A stretch of 64,000 nucleotides of DNA from an uncultured Chloroflexia bacterium (GTDB lineage: Bacteria; Chloroflexota; Anaerolineae; CG2-30-64-16), in NCBI GenBank assembly GCA_963810095.1, contig CAWEMM010000012.1, positions 160,001-224,000 of the forward strand, in the 5' to 3' direction. Every line of letters starts with the position of its first letter. The first letter of the stretch is position 1. Below, piece by piece: positions 40,451 to 50,362 of this stretch. The position numbers were made by a program, and so were the translations under genes. The notes beneath the pieces are model-generated. The model saw only the letters and a program-made list of their open reading frames with translations. It did not search any database and was not told where the DNA came from.

Positions 40451-41701
40451 ATGCGAACTCTTGCCCAAAGACTACGGCATTACGCCTTTGCCCTGTGCGT
40501 CCTGGCGCTTCTGGTGTCGCCGGCGGCGGCCCGCGCCTCGGAACCCGCGGCGAACGCTTTCTTCGATCGCACCGGCCGGGTCCAACGGGCGCCGTTTGCC
40601 ACGCTCAAAGACTTCGATGCTCGGCTCGCATCGCTCACGCCGGGCAAGGCAGCAGATGCTTTCTGGGCCGACATCGTGTCGCTCGGGCAGATGCCGCTGG
40701 TATTCGGCGACACGGCCGTGTTCCTGTACCGGGGGCCTGCCGGCTCGGTCGCATGGCTAGGCGATTTCAACAAGTGGCAGGCCAAGAATGCGCTCCCGGG
40801 TCGCAGGGTTGGGGGCACCGACATCTGGACCGCCCGCCGGACGTTCCCGCTCGACGCGCGCCTTGACTACAAGCTTAGCGTCGACGGCGTGCAGCGTCTC
40901 GACCCGCTCAACCCCCTCGCCCAACAGGATGGTTACGTCAGAAACTCGGTGCTGACGATGCCCCACTATGCACCATCCGCTTGGACCGTGCGACGAAGCG
41001 CAGGCGCGGGCTCCTTGAGCGAGCCGTTTGTCCTGCAAAGCAAGCACCTGGGTTACGCGAAACGCTTCCGCGTTTATACACCCGCGGGCATCAAGCAACT
41101 CGCCGGTCTGCCGGTGCTGTACCTTACCGATGGCCAGGAGTTCGCCGACGAGCGCATGGGCGGGCTGCCCGCCATCCTCGACAACCTGATTGCCGAGGGC
41201 CGGATCGAGCCCGTTCTTGCGGTATTTGTCGACCCGCGCGGCGTAGGCTCGGATGACAACCGGCGCGGCCCCGAACTGCTGACCAACCCACGCTTCCAGT
41301 CCTTCCTCACCCAGGAACTCATCCCCTGGATCGACGCCCGCTACCCGTCTCGTGCGGATGCCGCGAGCCGAGCCATTGCCGGCGTGTCGCTCGGGGGCTT
41401 GCAGGCCACCTATACGGCCATGCGCCAGCCGCAGTGGTTCGGCATGGCCGCCGCGCTCTCTCCCTACTATGCGGCCAAGCCGGCAGTCCTGGCCGAAGTG
41501 GAAAAGAACGCTAAGATCCCCGTCCGCTTCTTCGTCAGCCAAGGCACGTACGACCTGGACGTTGCCAACACCCGCCATCTGCGAGCCGTGCTGGAGACAA
41601 AAGGCGCGGCTTACCGCTACCTCGAGACGAACGACGGACACTCCTGGGGCAACTGGCGTGGCGTGCTCGACGACATGCTCCTCTATTTCTTCGGTCAATA
41701 A
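40451..41701 (+). CDS. Secreted esterase (Fes/IroD-like alpha/beta hydrolase with N-terminal Ig/CBM48-like domain)
   Basis: Signal peptide; 'GDFNKW', 'DPLNP'; 'PVLYLTDG'; 'GVSLGG'; 'GHSWGNWR'. Confidence 0.85.
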   Translation: MRTLAQRLRHYAFALCVLALLVSPAAARASEPAANAFFDRTGRVQRAPFATLKDFDARLASLTPGKAADAFWADIVSLGQMPLVFGDTAVFLYRGPAGSVAWLGDFNKWQAKNALPGRRVGGTDIWTARRTFPLDARLDYKLSVDGVQRLDPLNPLAQQDGYVRNSVLTMPHYAPSAWTVRRSAGAGSLSEPFVLQSKHLGYAKRFRVYTPAGIKQLAGLPVLYLTDGQEFADERMGGLPAILDNLIAEGRIEPVLAVFVDPRGVGSDDNRRGPELLTNPRFQSFLTQELIPWIDARYPSRADAASRAIAGVSLGGLQATYTAMRQPQWFGMAAALSPYYAAKPAVLAEVEKNAKIPVRFFVSQGTYDLDVANTRHLRAVLETKGAAYRYLETNDGHSWGNWRGVLDDMLLYFFGQ

Positions 41702-41781
41702 TCCGGCCCCGTGCCCTATTCCTTCGCCATTGACCAGATTGCGCCTCGTGATTATGATGGTTTGCACAAGGAGGAAGGCGT

Positions 41782-43149
41782 ATGGACGCTGGACAGGTGA
41801 TGAGTGCTCGGACCATGCCGGGGCCGACCGGATCGCGTGCAGAAGCGCTGCAGCGTTTCGGCGGGGACCCGTTAACCTATCTCCGCCAGGCGGCGACTGA
41901 CTACGGCGACTACGTGCGGGTGCCACTGGTGCTGGGGCATGCCGCCCTCGTGGTCGATCCCGAGAGCATCGAAGAGGTGCTGGTTCGCAAGAAGCGGAAT
42001 TTCATCAAGGGCCGGGCCACCAAATCGCTCGGCGCGCTGCTGGGTAACGGGCTGCTGGTGAGCGAAGGGGACTTCTGGCGGCGGCAGCGCCGGCTCGCGC
42101 AACCCGCCTTCCACAAGGACCGCATCGCCCGGTACGGAGAGCGCATGGTTGCGCTCGGTAACCGCATGGTGGACGGCTGGCACGATGGCCTCGAGATGGA
42201 TGTGCACGCCGAGATGGGGCACGTAACCCTCGCGATCGTGGCCGATGCGTTGTTTAGCGCCGACGTCTCAGCCGACGCCGGTGCCGTGGGCGAAGGGCTC
42301 GCCACCGCCCTGTGGCACTTCGAGTGGTGGTCGAACAAGGGGTTCCTCGTGCCGCTCTGGCTGCCGCTCAAGCCGAACCGCATGTACAGGGCCGCCCGGC
42401 AACGGTTGGACGTCATCGTGAACCGCCTCATCGCACAGCGGGCTGCTGCCGGCGTGCCAGGCAACGGGGAGCGCCGGGGCGACTTGCTCGACATGCTGCT
42501 GGCCGCCCGCGACGAAGATGGCTCGGCCATGAGCCCCAAGCAACTGCGCGACGAGGTGATGACGCTGCTCCTCGCGGGCCACGAGACCACTGCGAACACG
42601 CTGACCTGGACCACCATGCTGCTTGCCGAACACCCGGAGGTCGAGGCGAAGCTGGTGGCCGAGCTGGGAGAGGTCCTGGGTGGGCGACCGCCTGTCGTGG
42701 CCGACCTGCCCAACTTGAAGTACACCGAGTTGGTGATCAAGGAATCGATGCGCGTCTATCCCACGGTCTGGATGATCGGGTACCAGGCCGTAGCCGACAC
42801 GCCGGTCGGTCCGTACCTCATCAAGAAGGGTACGGCCGTTTTCATGAGCCAGTGGGTGAACCACCACGATGCGCGCTGGTTTCCCGAGCCTTACCGGTTC
42901 CTTCCAGAGCGCTGGCTGGACCCTGCCATGAAATCGCTGCCGACCTTCGCCTACTTCCCGTTCGGCGGCGGCGAGCGCCTGTGCATCGGGCGGTCGTTTG
43001 CCCTGATGGAGGCGCAGCTGCTGCTGGCCACCATGGTGCAGCGCTACCACCTGGACCTGGTGCCTAACCAGACCATCACGCTGGATCCATCGGTCACGCT
43101 GCGGCCTGGCAACGGGCTGCGAGTCGTGGCACGGGCAAGAACATCCTGA
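41782..43149 (+). CDS. Cytochrome P450
   Basis: 'AGHETT' I-helix; 'ESMR' ExxR; 'FLPERW'; heme motif 'FGGGERLCIG'. Confidence 0.95.
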   Translation: MDAGQVMSARTMPGPTGSRAEALQRFGGDPLTYLRQAATDYGDYVRVPLVLGHAALVVDPESIEEVLVRKKRNFIKGRATKSLGALLGNGLLVSEGDFWRRQRRLAQPAFHKDRIARYGERMVALGNRMVDGWHDGLEMDVHAEMGHVTLAIVADALFSADVSADAGAVGEGLATALWHFEWWSNKGFLVPLWLPLKPNRMYRAARQRLDVIVNRLIAQRAAAGVPGNGERRGDLLDMLLAARDEDGSAMSPKQLRDEVMTLLLAGHETTANTLTWTTMLLAEHPEVEAKLVAELGEVLGGRPPVVADLPNLKYTELVIKESMRVYPTVWMIGYQAVADTPVGPYLIKKGTAVFMSQWVNHHDARWFPEPYRFLPERWLDPAMKSLPTFAYFPFGGGERLCIGRSFALMEAQLLLATMVQRYHLDLVPNQTITLDPSVTLRPGNGLRVVARARTS

Positions 43150-43169
43150 CGAATCCCGTCATTCAGGAG

Positions 43170-43198
43170 AGGCCGGCCGAGCAAGCGCCGGCCTTTTT
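43170..43198 (+). terminator. Intrinsic terminator after the P450 gene
   Basis: AGGCCGGC stem / GCCGGCCT followed by TTTT. Confidence 0.7.
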
Positions 43199-43345
43199 GC
43201 TGCCTTGCGGCCGCGATACTCCTAGATAATAGACTAATCTTCGTATATCATCTGGAACAATTGACAACGCCCCTCCGTTCCACTCCCAGAGTCCCCGCGT
43301 ATCAAGACAGTTACAGTTCCAGAACGGGTCGAAAGGAGTTCAGAG

Positions 43346-45898
43346 ATGCGACGATTGAGTGTACTGGGTTTGCTGACGGTGGTGGTCATGTTGACAGCCA
43401 TGGCGTCGCCGGTTGCGTTCGGCCAGGCGACCACGCCGACGGCCACCGCCTCCGGCTCGGATACCGGCAGCGGCAGTTCGAGCGGTACGGGTTCGACGAC
43501 AACAGGGACGGCCACCCCGCGAGCGGTCGCCACACCGAATGCGGTGAGTGCGCCCGGCCGGACCGGGACGAGTGCCGGCTCCGGCGTGCCGAACGACACT
43601 GCGCCGGGCCGCGTCTTGCGGGAAAACGGTTCCGCCGCAGCCCCCACCATACGCCAGGCTTCCGAGTTGATCGGCGCCCGTGTCTTGAGTTCGGACGGCC
43701 GGCGAATGGGTCGGGTTGACAATTTCCTCGTCGACCCGAACAGCGGCGACGTGTCGTTCGCGTTGGTCGCCACGGGCGGCTTCCTGGGCCTCGGCGAGAA
43801 GCTGGTCGCGGTGCCGGTGACCGCCTTCCAGTACGACCTTTCGGGCGACGATTTCATGCTCGACATGACCGCCCGGACGTTCGAGCTTGCGCCAAGCATG
43901 GCCCGCTACAGCACGTTCAGCGCCAGCGACTTCAGCGCCAGCAGCGACATGCAGACCTTCTGGTCCGGCTATATGGGCGGTGCTTCCGATGGCTCAGGCA
44001 CGGGCTCCGGCGCAACTGGGAGCGGAACAGGCACGGGCTCGACCGGCAGCGGAACGGGCACGGGGACCGGCTCGAGCGGCTCAGGCACGGGAACGAGCAC
44101 GCCAACTGCAGGCGCCGGCTCGACCGGGACCGGCACGGGAGGTTCTTCCAATGACACGCTCAGTACGGCCACGCCGGTCGCTACGTCGGCAGCCGGACTC
44201 GCCGGCACCGCGACGCCGTCGCCGACGTCCGCATCCTCTAGCTCCAGCGGCTCCTCCGGCACGACGGGCACAGGCTCATCTGGCTCGGGTACGGGCACGG
44301 GGTCTGGCAGCTCGTCCACGGGGAGCAGCGCGGGCATCGGCTCGTCTGACACGATCACCGGTACCTCCGGGCCCGCCGCCACGGGCGCCCTGACCGGCAC
44401 GATCGGTTCGGGTCTGGGTACGACCGGGACAATGACCGGCACGACAGGCAGCGAGACGGAGACGACCGGCGCCGGTCTTGCCACGGCAGGCCTCATCCAG
44501 GTGGGCAGCACCTCGAACGCGACGCCCTTCATGAGCAAGGCAAGCCTGGTTCGCATCACCGAGCTCGGCGCGTACACGATGGTTTCCTGCACCACCTCCG
44601 GCACGGGCGCCGGGACCTCCGGGAGCGGAACGGCTTCCGGCACGCCCACGGCCACAGGCTCTACCGGCTCGGGCAACACCTCGACCGGCACGGCGACGCC
44701 CCAGGCCGGGGGGACCAGCAGCGGCATGGCGACAAGCACGCCCATGTCCAACGGCTCGGGAAACACCTCGACGGGCACGGCGACGCCCGAGGCAGCGGGG
44801 ACCGGGAGCAGCACGGCGACAAGCACGCCCATGTCCGGCGGCTCCACCGGCTCCGGCTCAGGGACGGGAACCTCCGGCAGTGACGTGAGCAGCACCGGCA
44901 CGATGACCGGCACGACGAGCAGCGGTTTGGACGGCAAGAGCGCTTCGGCTAAGCCGCTTGGTACGGTCGAAGACGTCCTGATCGACCTCCGATCGGCGAA
45001 GATGCTCTATGCCGTCATCAACGTCGACGGCAGTGGTTTGAGCTTCGGCGGGGGCAGCACCGGCTCGGCCGGTACCGGCACGACCGGCAGCGGCACGGGG
45101 ACGGCGACGAGCACGCCTGCGGCCAGCACGGGCACGTCTGGCACGGGCTCGACTGGCAGCAGCACGGGGACGGCGACGAGCACGCCTGCGGCCAGCACGG
45201 GCACGTCTGGCACGGGCTCGACTGGCAGCAGCACGGGGACGGCGACGAGCACGCCCGCGGCCAGCACGGGCACGTCTGGCACAGGCTCGACTGGCAGCAG
45301 CACGGGGACGGCGACGAGCACGCCTGCGGCCAGCACCGGTTCGACCGGCAGCAGCTCCGGGACGGCGACGAGCACGCCTACGGCGGGCACGGGCACGGCG
45401 GGCACGGGCACGTCTGGCACGGGCTCGAGCACGGCGACGAGCACGCCTGCGGCCAGCACCGGCGCGTCTGGCACAGGCTCGACGGACAGCAGCACTAGCA
45501 CGTCAGGCACAGGCGAGCTGGGCCGATTCGTCGTGGTGCCGTGGCGGGCGCTGACGGCCGACGCGACGGGCACAGTCTTCTGCTTCAGCCTGCCCGCAAC
45601 GGAGCTCGAGCAGGCGCCTTCGACGACCGGCTTTGAAGTTCCCGACACGGCGTCGATCGGGTGGGACACGGACATCAGCAGCTTCTGGAATGAACTGCTG
45701 GGCGCCTCGAGCGGAAGCGACACGAGCGGCACCGGCACGTCTGGTTCCGGTTCGGGCACCCTAGACTCGGGCGCCTCGGGCGGTGGCACAGGGGCCGGAT
45801 CGACGGGTTCCGGATCGACAGGATCGGGTACGGGCACGAGTGGCTCGGGCTCGACCGGTACGCCGACCCCGTTCCCAACCGCGACGAGCGGGGGCTGA
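43346..45898 (+). CDS. Secreted PRC-barrel domain protein with very long Ser/Thr/Gly low-complexity regions
   Basis: SD AAGGAG; signal peptide; 'ASELIGARVLSSDGRRMGRVDNFLVDPNSG.VSFALV..GGFLGLGEKLVAVP' PRC; second split PRC 'LGTVEDVLID...YAVI' ... 'VVVPWRAL'. Confidence 0.8.
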   Translation: MRRLSVLGLLTVVVMLTAMASPVAFGQATTPTATASGSDTGSGSSSGTGSTTTGTATPRAVATPNAVSAPGRTGTSAGSGVPNDTAPGRVLRENGSAAAPTIRQASELIGARVLSSDGRRMGRVDNFLVDPNSGDVSFALVATGGFLGLGEKLVAVPVTAFQYDLSGDDFMLDMTARTFELAPSMARYSTFSASDFSASSDMQTFWSGYMGGASDGSGTGSGATGSGTGTGSTGSGTGTGTGSSGSGTGTSTPTAGAGSTGTGTGGSSNDTLSTATPVATSAAGLAGTATPSPTSASSSSSGSSGTTGTGSSGSGTGTGSGSSSTGSSAGIGSSDTITGTSGPAATGALTGTIGSGLGTTGTMTGTTGSETETTGAGLATAGLIQVGSTSNATPFMSKASLVRITELGAYTMVSCTTSGTGAGTSGSGTASGTPTATGSTGSGNTSTGTATPQAGGTSSGMATSTPMSNGSGNTSTGTATPEAAGTGSSTATSTPMSGGSTGSGSGTGTSGSDVSSTGTMTGTTSSGLDGKSASAKPLGTVEDVLIDLRSAKMLYAVINVDGSGLSFGGGSTGSAGTGTTGSGTGTATSTPAASTGTSGTGSTGSSTGTATSTPAASTGTSGTGSTGSSTGTATSTPAASTGTSGTGSTGSSTGTATSTPAASTGSTGSSSGTATSTPTAGTGTAGTGTSGTGSSTATSTPAASTGASGTGSTDSSTSTSGTGELGRFVVVPWRALTADATGTVFCFSLPATELEQAPSTTGFEVPDTASIGWDTDISSFWNELLGASSGSDTSGTGTSGSGSGTLDSGASGGGTGAGSTGSGSTGSGTGTSGSGSTGTPTPFPTATSGG
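45093..45340 (+). repeat. Intragenic 69-bp tandem repeat (3 full copies plus a partial) encoding TGTATSTPAASTGTSGTGSTGSS
   Basis: Units start at 45093, 45162, 45231 and 45300. Confidence 0.85.
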
Positions 45899-45946
45899 CC
45901 GCGGCCGGGCGGCTACTACCGTCCGGATAAATGCTAACCGGGTTTC

Positions 45947-45976
45947 AAGAGGGGGGCTGGTCACAGCCTCCCTCTT
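45947..45976 (+). terminator. Hairpin, probable terminator after the PRC gene
   Basis: AAGAGGGGGGCTG / CAGCCTCCCTCTT. Confidence 0.55.
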
Positions 45977-46071
45977 CTCATCCGGGGTCAAGCCGGCATC
46001 CAGTCCCCGTGCATGGAACAGGGCGCGTGATGTGCTAGAATGACGGCCACAGACAAGACCGGAAGGCAGAG

Positions 46072-47064
46072 ATGCAGCGTAATCAAATGGAGAGGGCGCG
46101 CCGGGCCGAGAGCCCTCCACCGGCATGTCTCCTGGTCAGCATGGCGGGGCGGTCGGGCGTGCGCGAAGGTGCGGCCCGGCTGGCCGAAGGCGGCGCGGCA
46201 CTCGACGCGATCGAGGCGGCCATCCGCCTTGTCGAGACTGATCCTGCCGAGCGCAGCGTTGGCACGGGCGGCGCCCCTAACATCCTGGGAGGGATGGAGC
46301 TGGACGCGTCGATTATGGACGGGCGGACGCTGAAGGCCGGTGCGGTGGGCAACCTGCAGGGCTTCATTCATCCGATTTGCGTGGCCCGCCAGGTGCTGGA
46401 GCGACTGCCCCACACCTTCCTGGTGGGCCAGGGCGCGGCGCGGTTCGCCCGGGAGGTCGGGGCAGAGCCCGGCGCAAGCCTGACCGCGGAGAGCGAAGCC
46501 GCCTGGCGCCGCTGGCTCGACGAAAATGTGCCGGCGGGCGTGCGGCAGCAGCTGGCGGACGAATCTGGCGAAGAGACTCCGCTGGCCGAGTGGGTGTGGC
46601 GCACAGTGCGCCGGCCCGAGCAAACCCATGGGACGGTGGTGGTGCTCGCCGCCGACGCCGGGGGCAACCTGGCCGGCGGGGTGAGCACGAGCGGCTGGGA
46701 CTACAAGTACCCGGGCCGCATCGGCGACTCGCCCGTCATCGGCGCAGGGCTCTACGTGGACAACCGGTACGGAGCTGTGGGCTGCGTGGGGCACGGCGAG
46801 CTGGCGGTCCGGGCCGGCGCGGCTCGCTCGGTTGTGCTCTACATGAAGTTGGGCGCGAGCGTGCAGGAAGCGGTCCACGAGGCTGCGGACGACCTCCGTT
46901 ACCTGCAGCGCGACTTCGCCGCCTCTTTCGCCATCCATGCGATCGACCGGGACCGGCAACCCTACGTGCTCATGCTCGGCGACGAACCCGGCATGCGCAC
47001 TTTCTTCTTCTGGACGCCCGGCAGTGAGCCGGCCGAGCGGGATGTGGTCCGAGCCGAGTGGTAG
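46072..47064 (+). CDS. Ntn-hydrolase: N(4)-(beta-N-acetylglucosaminyl)-L-asparaginase / isoaspartyl peptidase family
   Basis: 'SVGTGGAPN..G.MELDASIMDG'; nucleophile 'HGTV'; 'STSG..YKYPGRIGDSPVIGAG'. Confidence 0.88.
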   Translation: MQRNQMERARRAESPPPACLLVSMAGRSGVREGAARLAEGGAALDAIEAAIRLVETDPAERSVGTGGAPNILGGMELDASIMDGRTLKAGAVGNLQGFIHPICVARQVLERLPHTFLVGQGAARFAREVGAEPGASLTAESEAAWRRWLDENVPAGVRQQLADESGEETPLAEWVWRTVRRPEQTHGTVVVLAADAGGNLAGGVSTSGWDYKYPGRIGDSPVIGAGLYVDNRYGAVGCVGHGELAVRAGAARSVVLYMKLGASVQEAVHEAADDLRYLQRDFAASFAIHAIDRDRQPYVLMLGDEPGMRTFFFWTPGSEPAERDVVRAEW

Positions 47065-47086
47065 GGGGAACGGGAATGCTGTCTCT

Positions 47087-47222
47087 ACCACAAAGGACCA
47101 AGACACAAGGGTGCCCTCAGCACTCATCTGAAAGGTTCTGGCCGGTCTCCGTCCGCAGACGGGTTGATCGTGCCCCGGCGAGCGCAGCCAGGTCGTTCCT
47201 GGTGTCTTCGTGACTTTGTGGT
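47087..47222. repeat. Palindromic intergenic repeat, ACAAAGAC family, with a longer spacer
   Basis: ACCACAAAGGACCAAGACACAAGG ... CCTGGTGTCTTCGTGACTTTGTGGT. Confidence 0.65.
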
Positions 47223-47264
47223 GAGGTCCTAGCTTTGGTGCAGGGATCGACAGGAGGTGGATAC

Positions 47265-49016
47265 GTGGCGCGACCCCTAAACGACTCGATCTATCTCTAC
47301 GGCTTCCACGACCCGGGCGGGGAGCAGATCATGCTCGACGTCGGAATAACGGGTTGGCTCACCATCACTGAGGACATCGGCCACGATCCCAACGACCGCT
47401 CGGGCCGCGATTATCGAGCGTGGACCGACCGGGGCCTGGGCGTGATCGTGCGCCTCAACAACGGGTACAACCCAGCCGGCACCCTGCCCTTCGAGCGCTA
47501 TTACCCCGACTTTGCCCGGCGCTGCGCAAACTTCGTCGCCGCCTCTCAGGGCGCGCACCTGTGGATCATCGGCAACGAACCGAACCACCCAATCGAGTGG
47601 CCCGGCGCACAGTGGAACTGGGGACCGGGCTGGCCCGCGCCGGTCAGCCCCGATACGCGGGGCGAAGAGATTACTCCGACCCGCTACGCATCCTGCTTCA
47701 GGCAGTGCCGGGCGGCGATCAAGGCGATGAGCGGGCACGGGCAAGACCAGGTGCTGACCGCTCCCGCGGCGCCCTGGAACATCCTCCTGACCTACCCCAC
47801 CAACCCCGACGGGAACTGGATCACCTACTTTGCCGACATCCTCAGGCTGGTGGGGCCGGGCAACCTCGACGGCATCGTCGTCCACACATACACCCATGGC
47901 TCCGCGCCTTCGCTCATCGTCTCAGAGGAGAAGCTGAACGACCCCCGCTTCTCTAGCCTGCACTGGCAGTTTCGCGCATACCAGGACTTTATGAACGCCG
48001 TCCCTGCGGCCATGCGCGCGCTGCCCGTGTATATCACCGAGACGAACCAGGGCGACGAGCCGTGGCTGAACGCGAACAACGGCTGGGTGCGAGCCGCGTA
48101 TGCGGAGATCGACCGGTGGAACAGGTCGGGCAAGCAGGTCATCCGCTCGCTGTTGTTGTATCGCTGGCCCCAGGTGCCGGGCGACCGCTGGGGCATCGAG
48201 GGCAAGGCCGGCGTGATTGAGGACTTCAAGCAGGCACTCGGCCCTCGCTACCAGTGGGCGGCTTACGCTGGGGCTGAAGACCCGCTGGCCGCGCTCGGCC
48301 GCCGTGTCACGGCCCTCGAGCAGGCGGCGGCCGGTCTGAAGCCGCAAATCGACGGCGTGAAGAAGCTGGCGGCCGAGGCGTTGGCGCTCCGCAAGGAGGG
48401 CGAGGCCCTGGCGGGCCAGGCCGCGGCGGCAAAGACCGCCGAACTGCGCGGCCAGTTCGACGCGCTGGCGACCCAGATCAAGGCGCTCGAGGATGCGCTC
48501 AAACCCGCGCCGAGCGGGCCCAAGATCGTCGACAAGACCGGCAAGCTGGCGCACGGTCCGACGCCCTACCCCACCCGCGACCTGAGCGCAACCAAGCGGG
48601 TGGTCTTGCACCACACCGTGACGCCCGACAACATCACCCCCGAGCGCCTCGCGCAGGCCGCAGTGCAGCGCGGGCTGCCGGGCATAACCTATCACTACCT
48701 CATCACGGGCGATGGGACCATCTATGCCACTCAGCCGCTCGACGCCCGTATCAGCCAGACGAACCGCCAGAACGTCAACGCGGACGGCATTGGGATAGCG
48801 CTGGCCGGTAACTTCACGAACACGGTGCCCACTGAAGCCCAGATGCAGAGCGCCGCCGCACTGACCCGCAGTCTGCTCGACCGCTTCAACCTGCCCGTTT
48901 CGTCGGTGGTCGGCGCCCGCGAGGTCGCACAGACGGCCTCGCCCGGTAACCAGTGGCTGTCGGGCGCGAAGTACAAGAACGACTTGGTCGCCCGGATTAA
49001 TGCGCTGGGCAAGTGA
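47265..49016 (+). CDS. GH-A-clan-like glycoside hydrolase + coiled coil + Amidase_2/PGRP-like domain lacking two Zn ligands
   Basis: SD AGGAGG before GTG; 'WIIGNEPN' acid/base and 'VYITET' nucleophile; 'VVLHHT', 'YHY', but 'VGAREV...TASPG' instead of GH...CPG. Confidence 0.75.
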   Translation: MARPLNDSIYLYGFHDPGGEQIMLDVGITGWLTITEDIGHDPNDRSGRDYRAWTDRGLGVIVRLNNGYNPAGTLPFERYYPDFARRCANFVAASQGAHLWIIGNEPNHPIEWPGAQWNWGPGWPAPVSPDTRGEEITPTRYASCFRQCRAAIKAMSGHGQDQVLTAPAAPWNILLTYPTNPDGNWITYFADILRLVGPGNLDGIVVHTYTHGSAPSLIVSEEKLNDPRFSSLHWQFRAYQDFMNAVPAAMRALPVYITETNQGDEPWLNANNGWVRAAYAEIDRWNRSGKQVIRSLLLYRWPQVPGDRWGIEGKAGVIEDFKQALGPRYQWAAYAGAEDPLAALGRRVTALEQAAAGLKPQIDGVKKLAAEALALRKEGEALAGQAAAAKTAELRGQFDALATQIKALEDALKPAPSGPKIVDKTGKLAHGPTPYPTRDLSATKRVVLHHTVTPDNITPERLAQAAVQRGLPGITYHYLITGDGTIYATQPLDARISQTNRQNVNADGIGIALAGNFTNTVPTEAQMQSAAALTRSLLDRFNLPVSSVVGAREVAQTASPGNQWLSGAKYKNDLVARINALGK

Positions 49017-49021
49017 GACCT

Positions 49022-49095
49022 ACAGGAAGAACCGAAGACACAAAGTTGCACAAAGAGAAGCTTAGCGAGACTTCGTGTCTTTGATCCTTCCTGTG
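49022..49095. repeat. Palindromic intergenic repeat, ACAGGAAGAACC variant
   Basis: ACAGGAAGAACCGAAGACACAAAG ... CTTCGTGTCTTTGATCCTTCCTGTG. Confidence 0.75.
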
Positions 49096-49137
49096 AAAGT
49101 CCTGCACCGGCGTGCACGCACCTGAGGAGGCGGGGAT

Positions 49138-50362
49138 ATGGATTCTGGCACAGCCGAAGCTGAGGAAATAGAGCGCTTGCGGGCCCTGCTGGCCGGCGCG
49201 ACGACCGGACAGCGTGCCGAGGCCGGAGATCGTCGACAAGGTTGACCGGCTGGCGCGCCACCCCACGCTGCCGCCCTACAGCCCGCGCACCCGGCCCATC
49301 TCGATGATCGTCGTGCACCACACGGACACGCCGAAGACGACGACCGTCGAAAAGATCGCCGAATATCACGTCTTCGGCGAGCGCAAGGACGCGAAGGGTA
49401 ACGTGCTCAAGGCGCAGTGGCCGGGCATCGGCTACCACTTCGTGATCGGCGCGGACGGCGTCATCACGCAGGGCCAGCGCGAGGCGACTCGCTCCTATCA
49501 CGTGGGCGGCGACCCGAACGACTACAGCGTCGCGATCAGCTTGATCGGCCGGTTCATGCGCAAGAACTACGACGGCACGGACAGGGCGCCCGAGGACCAG
49601 GTGCCGACCCCCGCGCAGCTCAAGAGCGCGGGGCTGCTGGCGGCCTGGTTGATGCAGGAGTACGGCATCCGGCTCGACCAGGTTAAGGGTCACCGGGACG
49701 TGTGGCCCAAGTCGACCGTCTGCCCGGGCGAGCACTGGAAGACGGGGCTGAACTGGTACTCGACGCTGGTGCAGGAGATCGCGGCGGCGCAAGGTGTCGC
49801 GGGCAGCGGACCGGGGTCTCAGAGGATGCCGCTCTACCTGCTCTTCTGGGACCACGCGCCACAAACCGGTGGCGCTGCCTGGGCCGAGGGCGACTGGCGC
49901 AGCAGCCAGGCCTATATCGCCCGCTTCCGCCCGACCGCCGGCTTCTCCATCGACGACGCGCTGCTCGCCCGGCGGGTCGTCATCGTGGGCGGGCCGCTGG
50001 GCGTGTCGGCGCAGGACGAGGCCCGGCTCAAGACGGCCGGGGTGGAGGTGTACCGGCTGGCCGGCAAGGACGAGGCCGACACGAAGCGCATGCTGGACGA
50101 GTTGGCGCATCAGGGGACCCCGTGGCCCGGTGCGTCGCCGGTGGGACCGGTGCCCCGGGAACTGGGACAAGCAGAGGCTGCCGCGGACGAAGCGATTTTC
50201 CCTGACGAATGGACCATGCCCGACGACTGGACGGGACCGGAAGGGGCCGCCGCCCGGGACCGGGATGCGGCCGCGGCCCAGCCTCCGCCGATCCCCAAGG
50301 TCTTCGTCTCGCCGCCGGGCCAGGAACGACCGGTAACGGACGCCGGAGGCAGCCATGAATAA
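49138..50362 (+). CDS. N-acetylmuramoyl-L-alanine amidase (Amidase_2) with CW_binding_2-like C-terminal motif (probable start 49138, apparent frameshift near 49205)
   Basis: SD GAGGAGG before ATG 49138; 'IVVHHT', 'IGYHF', 'SYHVG', 'KGHRDV...TVCPG' (complete His/His/Cys set); 'VVIVGGPLGVS..DE..L......RLAGKD...T'. Confidence 0.8.
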
